In this document: positions 36,600-49,048 of the stretch, piece after piece | Numbering within the stretch: position 1 is the first letter of the stretch | How the letters are laid out: each line of letters starts with the position of its first letter | Assembly: GCF_006345805.1 (NCBI RefSeq) | Contig: NC_043010.1 | Span: forward strand, 63,054,001-63,118,000 | DNA from: Octopus sinensis | Taxonomy: Eukaryota | DNA length: 64,000 nucleotides | Direction of reading: 5' to 3' | Program-made: the position numbers and the translations under genes | Notes under the pieces: generated by a model | What the model was told of the DNA's origin: nothing | Database searches by the model: none | Seen by the model: the letters and a program-made list of their open reading frames with translations, nothing else

Positions 36600-36907
36600 C
36601 ATAGGTTCGCGAAGTGGGCTCTACCCCACCCCCACCTCAGTGAGCGTTGAGACGGTCCGGGTGGGGGTGGAGGCGGTAGAGAAAGCATTGGGAGGAAAGC
36701 AGTGAATCATGGGGGGGGCGCTATGAATTTATTATGTTATTATAGAATTGCATACAAATTATATAATATTATATTAGATATCAAATGATCCATGGTATAT
36801 AGAAATTTGTAAAATATAAAATATTTCTTTGTACATAAAAATAGGGGTGGGGTGCTGAGGGTATTATGTCGCCGTGAGTGGGGGGTCAAAAAGTTTGAGA
36901 AACTCTG
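36600..36907 (+). mobile_element. hAT (Charlie-like) MITE
   Basis: Ends CATAGGTTCGCGAAGTGGG...AAAAAGTTTGAGAAACTCTG; 8-bp TSD ACCTTGAC/GCCTTGAC (7/8). Confidence 0.7.
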
Positions 36908-37308
36908 GCCTTGACTGAAACCAACAAAACAATTAATACATATATATACACATGTCAGGGACGCATATTCCAGGTGTGCTACCTGCGTGCTGCACACCCA
37001 TCGAAAATGGCAAATTCATTATCAATACTAACCTTATTCATTAATTTAATTATAAAATCTTAATGGAGAACTTTTGTTATAACCCTGCTTGAAATTTGGT
37101 GGCATTGGGTTTAGCAGTATACCCAATACAATAACCACCAAATGCCACTTATGTATGTGTGTGTGTTATTCTTAAAACAAGAGTGTTTTTTTTTGAGAGT
37201 GACTTTGAAGTTTTGGCCATCTTCTTTGAAGTTTTGGCGACTGGTCAGTTGATAAGTCCAGAAAAAAAGTACACTCTAACAAAAAAAAAGAAAAAGATAT
37301 TTATACAT

Positions 37309-37710
37309 AGGCGTAGGAGTGGGTGTGTGGTAAGTAGCTTGCTAACCAACCACATGGTTCTGGGTTCAGTCCCACTGCGTGGCATCTTGGGCAAGTGTCT
37401 TCTGCTATAGTCCCGGGCCGACCAATGCCTTGTGAGTGGATTTGGTAGACGGAAACTGAAAGAAGCCTGTCGTATATATGTATATATATATATATGTATG
37501 TGTGTGTGCGTTTGTGTGTCTGTGTTTGTCCCCCTAGCATTGCTTGACAACCAATGCTTGTGTGTTTACGTCCCCGTCACTTAGCGGTTCGGCAAAAGAG
37601 ACCGATAGAATAATTACTGGGGTCGATTTGCTCGACTAAAGGCGGTGCTCCAGCATGGCCGCAGTCAAATGACTGAAACAAGTAAAAGAGTACAAAAGAG
37701 AGAAAAAGAG
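37309..37710 (+). mobile_element. SINE family 2, full length
   Basis: AGGCGTAGGAGTGG head to GTAAAAGAG tail. Confidence 0.9.
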
Positions 37711-38069
37711 TACATGTAAATCAACATTAGTCTTTTTTATCATTTAACATCCATTTCCCATGCTGCAGGACTGCATTGAGCTCCAACATCAGCTTTGGTG
37801 TCGTATCTATGACCGGTTGCTCTTCTTAACACCAGCATGATGTATGCAGAAACTCATTATATATATGTGGATATGTATGTTAGCCTAACTAAAGGTAGTA
37901 AACTGGAAATGATATTCTGTTGGGAGTCATAACAATAATTTAATTAGTGCTAATGAAAATTTACTGTTAACAAAGGCAAGGGAAAGAACTCCTACAATTC
38001 TAATCAAGCAAATATTTATTTTCCTCTGTGTGTGTGTGTGTGTGTGTTTATATACATGTACACATTGGT

Positions 38070-38612
38070 GCAGGCATAGCTGTGTGGTAAGAAGCTTGCT
38101 TCCCAACCACATAGTCCTGAGTTCAGTCCCATTGCATGGCTCCTTGGGCAAGTGCCTTCTGCTATGGCTCTGGGCTCAACAAAGCCCTTTGAGTGGATTT
38201 GGAAGACGTAAAATGAAAGAAGCCTGTCATATGTGTATGTATGTATGTTTTTGTGCATATTTATATATATATATATACTAGACAAGTGGTGGTGTTAGTT
38301 TGTTTATATCCCTGTAACGTTGTGGTTGGGCAAAAAGAGACCAATAGATTAAATGCCAAACTTCTAAAAAAACAAACTGGGGGTCAATGTATCCAACTAA
38401 AACCCTCCAAGGCAGTGCCCCATGATGGCTGCTGTCCAATGACTGAAGCATACGTTAAAAGACTTTTTTCAGTTTCCATCTACGAAATCCACTCACACGG
38501 CTTTTGTCGGTCTGAGGCTATAGTAGAAGACACTTGCCCAAGGTGCCACGCAGTGAGGCATAACCCAGAACCATGTGGTTGGTAAGTAAGCTACTTACCA
38601 CACAGCCACTCC
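38070..38612. mobile_element. Older SINE family 2 (+, 38070-38460) abutting a minus copy (38460-38612)
   Basis: Motif matches in opposite orientations. Confidence 0.75.
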
Positions 38613-38868
38613 TGCACCCGTCTTCCCTTCTCTGGGTCTTTCCTTTTCCTATGTTTCTGACAAAGAGCTCTGCTCGTAACGTAAAACCCTTGCCTAGTCC
38701 AAAGATACACACCATATAAAACATATAAAAAGTACATGCAGTATTACCCATTATGATAGGTTATTAATATTCTTCCTTGAAAAAGTATATTTGTATAATT
38801 GTCTAACTGTATAAATGTATAAAGATTCATTGGATTTCGAAAATCTGCCCATACTGTATCACCAATCA

Positions 38869-38907
<39 letters not shown>

Positions 38908-39217
38908 GGGACAAAATGGGACAAGAACGCAAAGCAACCGGACAGTTAGGTGATACAAAAATGGGACAACAAAACATCCAGATAGACGATACAAAGAAAA
39001 CAAGGACAGGTCATTCAAGGTTTTCTTTCCTCAGTCAAACACCAGATTATCCTCGCAATTTTGGCTGATTATACTTGTGTCTGGGGAGGGTCATTTACTA
39101 TTGAATACACTCACCGGTTCAGTTTCCACTCATTTCTTTATTTCTTCTAAAATTTTCATTGTGTCTTGCAATCTTTTCAATAGTTGTTGACTCTGCCCAT
39201 TCTCTGAGAAGGAACAG

Positions 39218-39600
39218 GCACAGGATGGCTGTGTGGTAAGAAGCTTGCTTCCCAACCACATGCTTCTGGGTTCAGTCCCACTGCATGGCACCTTGGGCAA
39301 CTGTCTTCTATAACCTCAGACCAACCAAAGCCTTGTGAATGGATTTGGTAGACGGAAACTGAAAGAAGCCCATTTTACATATACATATATATGTATGTTT
39401 GTGTGTCTGTGTTTGTCTCCCCACCACCGCTTGACAACCGATGCTGGTTCGTTTACAGCCCTGTAACTTAGCGGTTCGACAAAAAAGATCGATAGAATAA
39501 GTACTGGGCTTACTAAGAGTAAGTCCTATGGTCGATTGCTCGACTCAAGGCCCTGCTCCAGTATGGCTGCAGTCAAATGACTGAAACAAGTAAAACAATA
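39218..39600 (+). mobile_element. SINE family 2
   Basis: As above. Confidence 0.85.
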
Positions 39601-39682
39601 GGACACACACACATGCATATATGTATGTGTATATATATATCTATTATATATACATATACATATATATATATATAATATATAT

Positions 39683-39717
<35 letters not shown>

Positions 39718-39998
39718 TGTGTGTGTATATACACACATATATATGTATATAAATTGAAAAATTGTTGTCCGTATGTATATGTGTATGGCTGTGTGTGGCT
39801 GTTCCCCTCCTCCCCATCCTCCTCCTTCACACCACTAGAATAATACATAGAAGTGAGAAAAATATTTTGTCCTAGAGGAAGAGTGAGAGGAGAGGAGAGG
39901 AGGAGAGTAACTAGATTTTCTAGGAGATAGAGGGGGGAGTGTGAAGGACAAAAACCCCAACTCACACATGTGTGTGTATGTATATATATATGAATGTG

Positions 39999-40029
<31 letters not shown>

Positions 40030-40604
40030 ACACGCACGCACACACACACTTGATGAGAGAGGAGATGCAGTGAGCTAAAGGGAAATGAGATGTATACAAA
40101 GTGTAGAGAGAGAAGCGATGAGGACACTGAAAGAGAACACAGAGGGATAGTAGGAGGAAGAGGTAGAGTTAATAAGATTAAGTGAAAGAGGGGGAGAGAG
40201 AGACGGAGGGGAAAGAGATGAACTGAGAGAAAAGTAAAAAAAAAAAAAAAAAGAAAAGAATAACAAACTGGAGAATAAGTGAGACATAGATGTAGGAAGG
40301 CGATGGGGGTGGCTGGGTAGAGGTAGAGGTAGAGGTTGGTGGGGAAGAAGTTAGGGGGGAAATGAAGAAAGAAGAGAAAGAAGAGGCGAATGAGAAAACA
40401 GAAAAGGGGGAAAAAACATGGAAGATAGATTTTGTTGTGAGATAAAGAGTGGTGGTGGTGGTGGGAGAGGTGGCATAGTGAATATGAGAGGGGGAGAGGA
40501 AGAGAAGGGAGAATAAGAGCTGAAAGGAAGGGGGAGAAAGCTTGGCGTACTGAGTCTCTGTGCATGCGTGTGTGAGCGTGTATGTGTGCGTGTACATATA
40601 TGTG

Positions 40605-40670
<66 letters not shown>

Positions 40671-41502
40671 AAGACAATACTTTACATGCTTATACCTCCT
40701 TTCTTCTTGTCTCTCTTTCCTTCTTTCACTCTATCTGTCCCTGTCTCACATTCTCTATGGAGTATGTGTATGTATGTGTGTGTATGTATGTGTGTTAGAG
40801 AGAGAGTGAATAAGGGTTGTGGGAAGAGATGACTGATAGAGGAAGAAGAAAAAAGAAAGGAAGAAGGAACTAATAAAGGTAGGAGGGTTTGAATGGGTGT
40901 TGGTGTGGTGATGGTGGTGGTGGTGGTGGTGTAAGAAGAGAGTGAGAGTGATGTGTGAAGGGTAGGGGAAGACATGAAGTGAATTGTAAGGGAAGAAAGA
41001 AAAGAACAAGAATTAATAAGGAAGTTACGTGTGGTAGGAGAGTATAGGGGTAGAGTAGGAGGAGAAAGACAAGAGCAAGAAAGAGGGAGAGAGACAGAGA
41101 CAGAGACAGAGAGAGGGAGAGAGTTAAAAGTAGACAGCAGCTTCTGAACATGGTTGCTTGTCTGAGTTCTGTGTTCTCTTAAAGGGACACAGTACAAGAA
41201 AGAGTATTTCAGAAAAGTGGACATTTTGAATCTATGGAGTGACAGTGAAATCACATGATTAATATAGGGAAGTGCTGTTTTTTTTCTGAAGGATGTCGTC
41301 TGCCAGACAAACACATATTCCAGTGTCCTTCTGTTAAGTTGGAATTGTCCAAAATAAGGCATGGATGATCATAATAACCGGCTTCTCTTGAAATTTCGAA
41401 ATTTCATTACAATCCAAAGAAACTGTTTGAAAATGGTGAGAAGTTATAATACGTAAGAGTGTTATTTGAGAAAATGAAGGAAGTTTGTTTGACCAGAAAA
41501 CC

Positions 41503-41910
41503 AGGCGTAGGAGTGGCTGTGTGGTAAGTAGCTTGCTTACCAACCACACGGTTCCGGGTTCAGTCCCACTGCGTGGCACCTTGTGCAAGTGTCTTCTACT
41601 ATAGCCTCGGGCCGACCAAAGCCTTGTGAGTGGATTTGGTAGACGGAAACTGAAAGAAGCCCGTCGTATATATGTATATATATATATATATGTATGTGTG
41701 TATATATGTTGTGTGTCTGTGTTTGTCCCCCCAACATCACTTGACAACCGATGCTGGTGTGTTTATGTCTCCGTCACTTAGCGGTTTGGCAAAAGAGACC
41801 GATAGAATAAGTACTAGGCTTACAAAGAATGAGACCTGGGGTCGATTTGCTCGACTAAAGGCGATGCTCCAGCATGGCCACAGTCAAATGACTGAAACAA
41901 GTAAAGGAGA
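41503..41910 (+). mobile_element. SINE family 2, full length
   Basis: As above. Confidence 0.9.
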
Positions 41911-42479
41911 AAACCAGCTTCCTGGAGAAATTGAGGGGTGGACGTATGTGCTACTAGCCAGTTCAGAATGGAGAAAAGAGAATTTGTGAGAACAACAGTT
42001 ATGGACAAACTGTGACCAGAGAGACTTTATGAATGGCAAGCCTAATTAAAAATTAGCTTGGGCTTTTTTAATTAGTATGACCCACCTGATGATGTGCCAA
42101 GTCTTATGAGGTCTGCATCTCAAGAAAGGTTTAGCCCTGCCTTCTCTAGAGGATAGGTGAATATCTTTGTGGTTGGAATTAGTTGATTTAAGGAGAAAGT
42201 TTAAGTATAAAAGGAGAGAAAAGGAGAGGCAAAACATTCTCAGTTATTATTATTAATCATTATTATTATCATCATCATTATTATTATTATATTATTATTA
42301 TCATCATCATTATTATGGCTTGATTCTAACCCAGGCCACATTCTCAGTGAATTGAAATTCAGTTGGAGAAAGGAAACAAAAACCTAGTGGTAACTGTTGT
42401 TAACTCTTAATAGAAAGGGGAGACAATTTCAAGAAAGTACAAATTAATTTCAGAAATTTATGAATACATTTTACATTCT

Positions 42480-42600
42480 CAGTGGAGATGAATTTGATAT
42501 TTACATCCGTTTCACAATTGCAGTTATTTGGAATGAAGTGTTCTACTCATGATCCGTTGCAGTTAGACATCCAAATAGCATTGGAACCTCCAGTACTGAG
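42480..42600 (-). pseudogene. Candidate decayed cadherin-like exon
   Basis: VLEVPMLFGCLTATDHE*NTSFQIT (xATDxE..LxFxI-like). Confidence 0.35.
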
Positions 42601-43079
42601 TTCCAGTTAATTGCCATGTTGAAACATATGTAGAAGCTAAATGTTTATCTTAAATGTTCCACCACATCTTCTCTGTATATCACAATTAGTGACACTGCTA
42701 AATGCAGTGGTTGACTAACCACTGTACTATGTGGAGCTTTAACTCTTACAGTAGTGGTTGTCGTACATCTAACTCTGTACACACAATGTGTGTGTATGTG
42801 TGTGATTCTCTCCAGACTATCTGTTCTTTCCTTTTCTTCTTCTTTCAACCTTTACTTCTATCTGACAAAGAGCCCTCCTCAAAACATCACTCCTACTCCC
42901 CCATTTTCCCATCTAGACCTTTCAATGAACATTAATCTATGTACGTCTAATTGACTTTTGGTTTTTCCTGTTCTTTTTTGTCCTGCGATTTGCTTATGTG
43001 TGTTTGTGTATATACATAGAGATAGATTGATAGATAGATAGACGTATAGACAGATAGATGGATAGACAGATAGACAGAC

Positions 43080-43134
<55 letters not shown>

Positions 43135-43389
43135 TAGATAGATAGACAGACAAATAGTTGATAGATATAGGCAGACAGATAGATAGTTGATAGATGAATA
43201 GACAGATAAATAGATAGATATAGGGAATATGCAAGCCACTATTGTAGAATGAATAATGTGATGGTTTTTACTCAGTAACATGTGATCCACCCATAGCTTT
43301 CTCTCCTCTTCCTGCCCCCCCCTCAAGACCTTAAAGCTGTTAATTGTAAGAGAATTAACGTTAGACATTAGTGAAAATATATTTAGTAG

Positions 43390-43600
43390 TAAAGGGATCC
43401 CAGTCGGGTGGGTGATTGCAGTTCTTTAAGATGTATTGGTGGATGGTGATTTTGTGGGTGCCATAGCCATTTCATACTTGAACTGGAAGCAAAGGTGAAG
43501 ACATGGTACCAAAAATTTTTAAAGAGCATCAAAACAAGATTTTTTGCTGTGTTTTTAATGAGTAGTAGACTCAGCGAAGTGAGGACAACTGAGATTTCCT
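43390..43600 (-). pseudogene. Candidate decayed cadherin-like exon
   Basis: After a polypyrimidine tract and TAAG: FDAL*KIF...VQV*NGYGTHKITIHQYILKNCNHPPDW (LDFD..VxVxDG..TxxI..NxPPxF-like). Confidence 0.4.
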
Positions 43601-46600
43601 TACAGCAAGGAACAAACAGAAAATGAAAGAAAAATATAGAATAATTTTTTTCTTAAGGGTAGTTGGTCATAGCAGGACCTTGATACTTGTAAAATAAGGA
43701 AGTGCCCTGGTGAACATATAAACTTGGATTATAATGATATTCAATGAAATGCGAAGAATTTTTGTATGAACTTTTCATTCCACATTGAAGCAAGAAAATG
43801 ACTTGCCATTCTTTTGTAGGAGTTGTAAATATGGAAGTGAGCAATGCCAGAATTGTATTCTTGAACAGAATTGGTTGTATGATATAGTAAAGACGTTGGT
43901 ATATGTGAATGGATAAGGTTTATTGAAATAGGGGTGAAAACCTTTAACAGAAAAGTATATATTTTCAATTGTTTAGCCCCAGGTCAGCCCTTATCCAGCA
44001 GGACTAATATCAAAGACACTCCAGTCATGATAATCCTGTTCTTTTATCCAAGACCACCCATGCTTCGATCTGTAGTGCAGTCGGTATGGGTGATCGGGAG
44101 CTCTCTCTCTTGGGTGATGTTTTTACGAGGGTGGAACTTTTGGGTGTGGTGTGTAATTCTGTGTAGGTTTGGGGCCGGGGGGGGGGGGGCAGCTTGTCCA
44201 CAAACTGAAGAGCTGCTCCAGCTAGGACACCCTATAGCCAGGCCACTGACCTTCCTGATGGCTTATTTAGTGCCATTGACCTTTTAGCCCCAGGTGAGCC
44301 TTGACTAAGTACACCTATAAATCAATGGTATTCCAGCCATGACTGTCTTGGCTTTTTATCACGGGTAGAAGGCAATGCCTATCTATTACATTATCTGATG
44401 TTACCCATTCCTTCCAAGATGTTGTGGGTCTGATTTAACGGGAATTTGGCTGTGCTTTTTGCAGACCAAACGTCCATCCAAGCGCCTCTGAGATTGCTGT
44501 CTCTGTAGACTCCCCTGCTGCAGCCTTGTAAGAAGTCTCAAAACATTGCAGCATTATCTTGCTCTGACTCAAATGTTGATATTTGAAGATCAACGCTTGA
44601 GCCAAAAATCAACATGATGTTCTTTGCCCATTTCCATGATTTTAAAGATCCTATCAATCATTATTTGTATATACATACGAGAGAGAGAGAGAGAGAGGGT
44701 ATATATCACACAGATAAGACGAGTCTTAAATCCAATAACCAGAGACGTCTTAATATCTTCTCTGGTAGTCTTTACTGTTATACAAACTCATAGAACTAAA
44801 AGAGACTTATGTTAACATATATATACCTGACTATACATACATATTTATACATTTACGAACACAGTCTGGTTAGAGGGTTTTTTTAAAAGAAATTTTGGAC
44901 CCAACTTGGTGTTTTCCAATTATGAGTTTTGTCTCTTGTGACATCAATGTATGTCTTTCTTTCCCCCTCTTCTCTCTCTCTCTCTCTTTTTAATGCTCTT
45001 CTCTCTCCCTCTTTTATGTCTCTCTCTCTTTCTCTCTCTTTTTCTCCCTATGTACTCTCTTACTCTTTCTCCAATTTCTTCTCTGTTGACGTCATGAACA
45101 CACAGGAACACATTTCGCGTCCCCCACCCCGACCTGTTCTTCCACTCTCTTTCTCTCACCATATATATGTATGTGTATATATGTGTGTGTGTGTGTGTGT
45201 ATGTGCGTGTGCATTTTGTGTATGTTTAATATTTAAAAGCTCAGATACACGTGTGGAGAGGAGGGGGGGCAGTGCACAGCTATATAGAGAGAGGAGGAGG
45301 AGAAAAGAGAGACGTAGGAAGAGACAGAGAGAGACAGACAGATAAAGATAGAACAAAGGAGAGGACGAGGTTACGGGTGGGGAGAGACGGGGAGTTAGAG
45401 ATAATGAAAGCAACAAAAAAAATAAAATAAAACAATAATATAAGAAGCTAGAAGCATATAAAATAACTAAAGTATAAAAGAGAGAGATGTAGCAAAAAAA
45501 ATAAAGAGGAGATTTTAAAAAATATAGAGAAATAGGAAAATTAATGGAAAATAGGGGGTGAAAAAAACAGTTTGAGAGATCGAAGAGAGAGAGGGAGAGA
45601 GTAAGAGAGATAGAGAGAGTGGGTGAGAGGTGAGAGGCTGTGTATTCGAGAGAAAGGGGGAGAAGATAGAGGATGATAAGATAGTAATAGTGTTAGAGAG
45701 AGGGGGAAGAGAAGGAGAGAGAGAGAGAGAGAGAGAAAGATGGAAGAGATAACAAAATAGAAAACAGAAAATAAACCGAATGACTCTGGCGCATAGAGAG
45801 AAAGGGGGGATGGAAGAGGATGTGTGTGTGTGTGTATACGTGTATGTGTGTATATGGTGTGGTAGGCAATAAGAGGGAGTGTGTAAGGAGGGAGAGTGAA
45901 TTGATTGTATGATATACTGTCAGAGAGTAGGAGGAGAATGTGGAATAGAATGAGAAAACATGAAAGGGAAAGCTAGAGTTTTCTCTCTCTCTCTCTTTAT
46001 GTGTCTTTTTCTTTTTATGACTCTCTCTCTCTTTTCTGACTCTTTTCTGACTATCTCTTCTCTCTCTCTTCTTACTATCTCTTTTCTCTCTCACTCTTTC
46101 TCTGACTGTCTTCTCACTCTCTCTCTCTCTCTCACACTCTTTATATGACTCTCTCTTCTCTCACTCTCACTCTTTTCTGACTATCTCTTCTCTTTCTCAT
46201 GTAAGACTAACAGAGGGAATAAGGAAAAGCTTGCAGAATAAGAATAGAAAGAAAGCAAGACGAAAGGAAATAAAATGAGAGAGACTGACAAGCGGGGGAG
46301 AAGAATGAGAGTGAATGGAGAAGAGAGAGAGAGAGAGAGAGAGTGACAGAAAAAGATACAGAAAGGAGAACGAGTAAAAGAATAGTGAAAGGAGGAGGGA
46401 GTATTATTAAATGGCTTCAAAAACAGAGGGAGTAGGAAAAGATTGTGGAACAGATAGATAGATGGGAGGACTGGAGGGGGAAAATGATGGTATCGTCTGC
46501 TCTTTGAGTTTTTGATCGAGAAAGAAAATAGAATATACGATGATAAATAGTAGAAGAAGACTTAGATAGATATAGATAGGAAAAGAGAAGGCAATGATAA

Positions 46601-48186
46601 AATAAATGAAAACAGAAAAAGAGAGGTTTATATATATAAATAGGACAAGAGAAGTCGACGGGGGGTGGGGAGGAACGAAGGGAAACTTGGTTTGAAAGCA
46701 GAGAGAAGAGGGAGGAAGAGAGAATGATAGAGAGTGGGAGGAAAGAGAGGGCATATATGTATGTGTGTATATATATGTAATATATATGTGTTTGTGTGCT
46801 TCTATGTGTGTGTATGCATGTAATTACAGTGAGAGAAAGAGGAGGATTAGAAAGATATGATCGTATAGACAGGGAGTGTATAGCAGGAAGAAGGGGAGGA
46901 GATGGAGGTCATTGAATTCTTAGCAGTCTGGGTTTTGGGCGCACACATACACACGCACGCACACACACACAACACACAAACGCACACACATACACACACG
47001 AAGAGTCTTTTTCTCTCTTTCACTCCCTCCATCTCTTCTCTGCTTATTCCTTCTCTTCTTCCCTCTCCCATTGTTTTTATCTCCCTCAACAGAGAGACGA
47101 GGGAGAATGATGGTAGTAGTGGGAGTGATTCTAAAAAGTAGGTTGTGTGTGTATGTGTACAATATATATATATATGTGTGTATGTGTGTGTGTATGTATA
47201 AATATACACGTGTACGTGTGCGCGCGCAAGCGTGTGTGATAAAGTAGCGTAAAGTTAGATGGTGGCGGCGGTGTTGAAGAGGAAGTCGGGGGAGTGTGAA
47301 AGCTGCACCGCCGCCACCACCACCACCATCATCATTACTATCGCCTTATCACTGGTACTACCGCCGCCTCCACCACCCGATGTATTCCGCCACCGCCGCA
47401 ACCATCATTCCGCTATGACCACCACGAAACACCACCACCACCACCACCACCACCACCACCATTACCACCGCCAATACCATCGAGGCCACTTCCACTCCTG
47501 CCATTGTTTTCTTTATTCTCTACACCATCATCATCATCATCATCATCATTGGCATTATTACCATCGTCATCTGTCTTTTTATATTTCCTATGAATATCAT
47601 TAAAACTACTTACCATACCACTATCATCATCATCATCATCGTCATCATCATCGTAGTCGTCTATGTCGTTGTCATACCTTTTTGAAGTAGACACATGCAT
47701 GTGTAAGGTATGTGTGCATGTATGTGTGTATGTGTAACATATGACACACGTATATGCATATACATTACATATGTTATATACATACATATATATGCGTGCA
47801 CACACACACACACATTATATATATAATATATACATGTGTATATACACCTAGTTGGATCAGAGGAATGGAGAAAAGGAAGAGAGTTTCCACCTGACCCAGA
47901 AACTAACCACACCTTAATTACAAACACCACCACCACCACCACAACTACTGCTGCTACTACTACTACTATTGTAAAGAAAAAAGAAAGGAAATAGAAGCAT
48001 TCCTTGTTGAACCCCTACATGCTTGGGTGACAGAGGTCAACTGTAAGGCTGACCTTTTATATATACACACACACACCTAAGATGTATTGACCACATCCTG
48101 GACACCTCTGCTGATTTCTCCATCATACCACCACACCACCTGCACCTCAGCTGACCTCACCACTCCTCCACATACTAATATCTTAC

Positions 48187-48294
48187 CTGAGAGAGAGAGA
48201 GCCTCTGAGTGGTCACTCAAATTGCTAGATATAGTAGCCAAATCTCTTACCTTACACAAAGGGGAGAAAATGCAATTCAGAGTATACACTGTTT
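48187..48294 (-). other. Intact-looking 108-bp symmetric phase-1 exon, possibly of the cadherin-like gene
   Basis: TTATTTTCAG| ... TCAG|GTAAGA; open as (E)TVYTLNCIFSPLCKVRDLATISSNLSDHSEALSLS(G). Confidence 0.35.
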
Positions 48295-48857
48295 CTGAAA
48301 ATAAGACTGATGGTCATGGTTAGAATGCTTTTGAATATTGGTTTGTTTATTGTTTAATCAGAGGCCTACCGGCAGCTGAACAACAACATCTATGCAAGCA
48401 TTTTAATTTTAATTATAGAGATCAGATAGATATGGTCTATGTTTTATACAAGATACATATTATTTTTTTTATTTCTTCTGAAAAATTTATTATTTTGTTA
48501 AAATTATCTATTTTCTGTTGTCAGTTTTATTAAATATTCTTTTTTTTTAAATTTTCATTTTGTTTTTCTTCATATTTTTCAGAATTTCTTCTTTGTTTGA
48601 CACGAGAAAGCATCTTTGAAAGCTGTTTTGCGGCAGTAATCCTGAAGAAAAGCAAAAGCCACCATTGTACGCTGCTATCTGAGCCAACAATCTTCTCTCA
48701 CTTGATATTTAACTCTCAAGGTTTTTCCACCATCAAACAAGAAGACACGACATACAAAACACATCTTAGAAATATATTTGGTTGACCAATCTCTCCTTAC
48801 TTCATTTCTAACTCCAATTAAACTTTCTTAGCTGGCCTAGAGTCAATACACACACAG

Positions 48858-48888
<31 letters not shown>

Positions 48889-49048
48889 ACATTTTATAAT
48901 ATTCTCCAGTATTGATATAGACGTTCATTGATCACCTCTGACCGACTGAAATATTGCTTGTTACTCAGATATATAAATATCTGTATATATAAAATTCTTT
49001 CTTGAAAATTCATGTTTGCCAACTGAAGGATAAAAAAATTGTGCAAAA

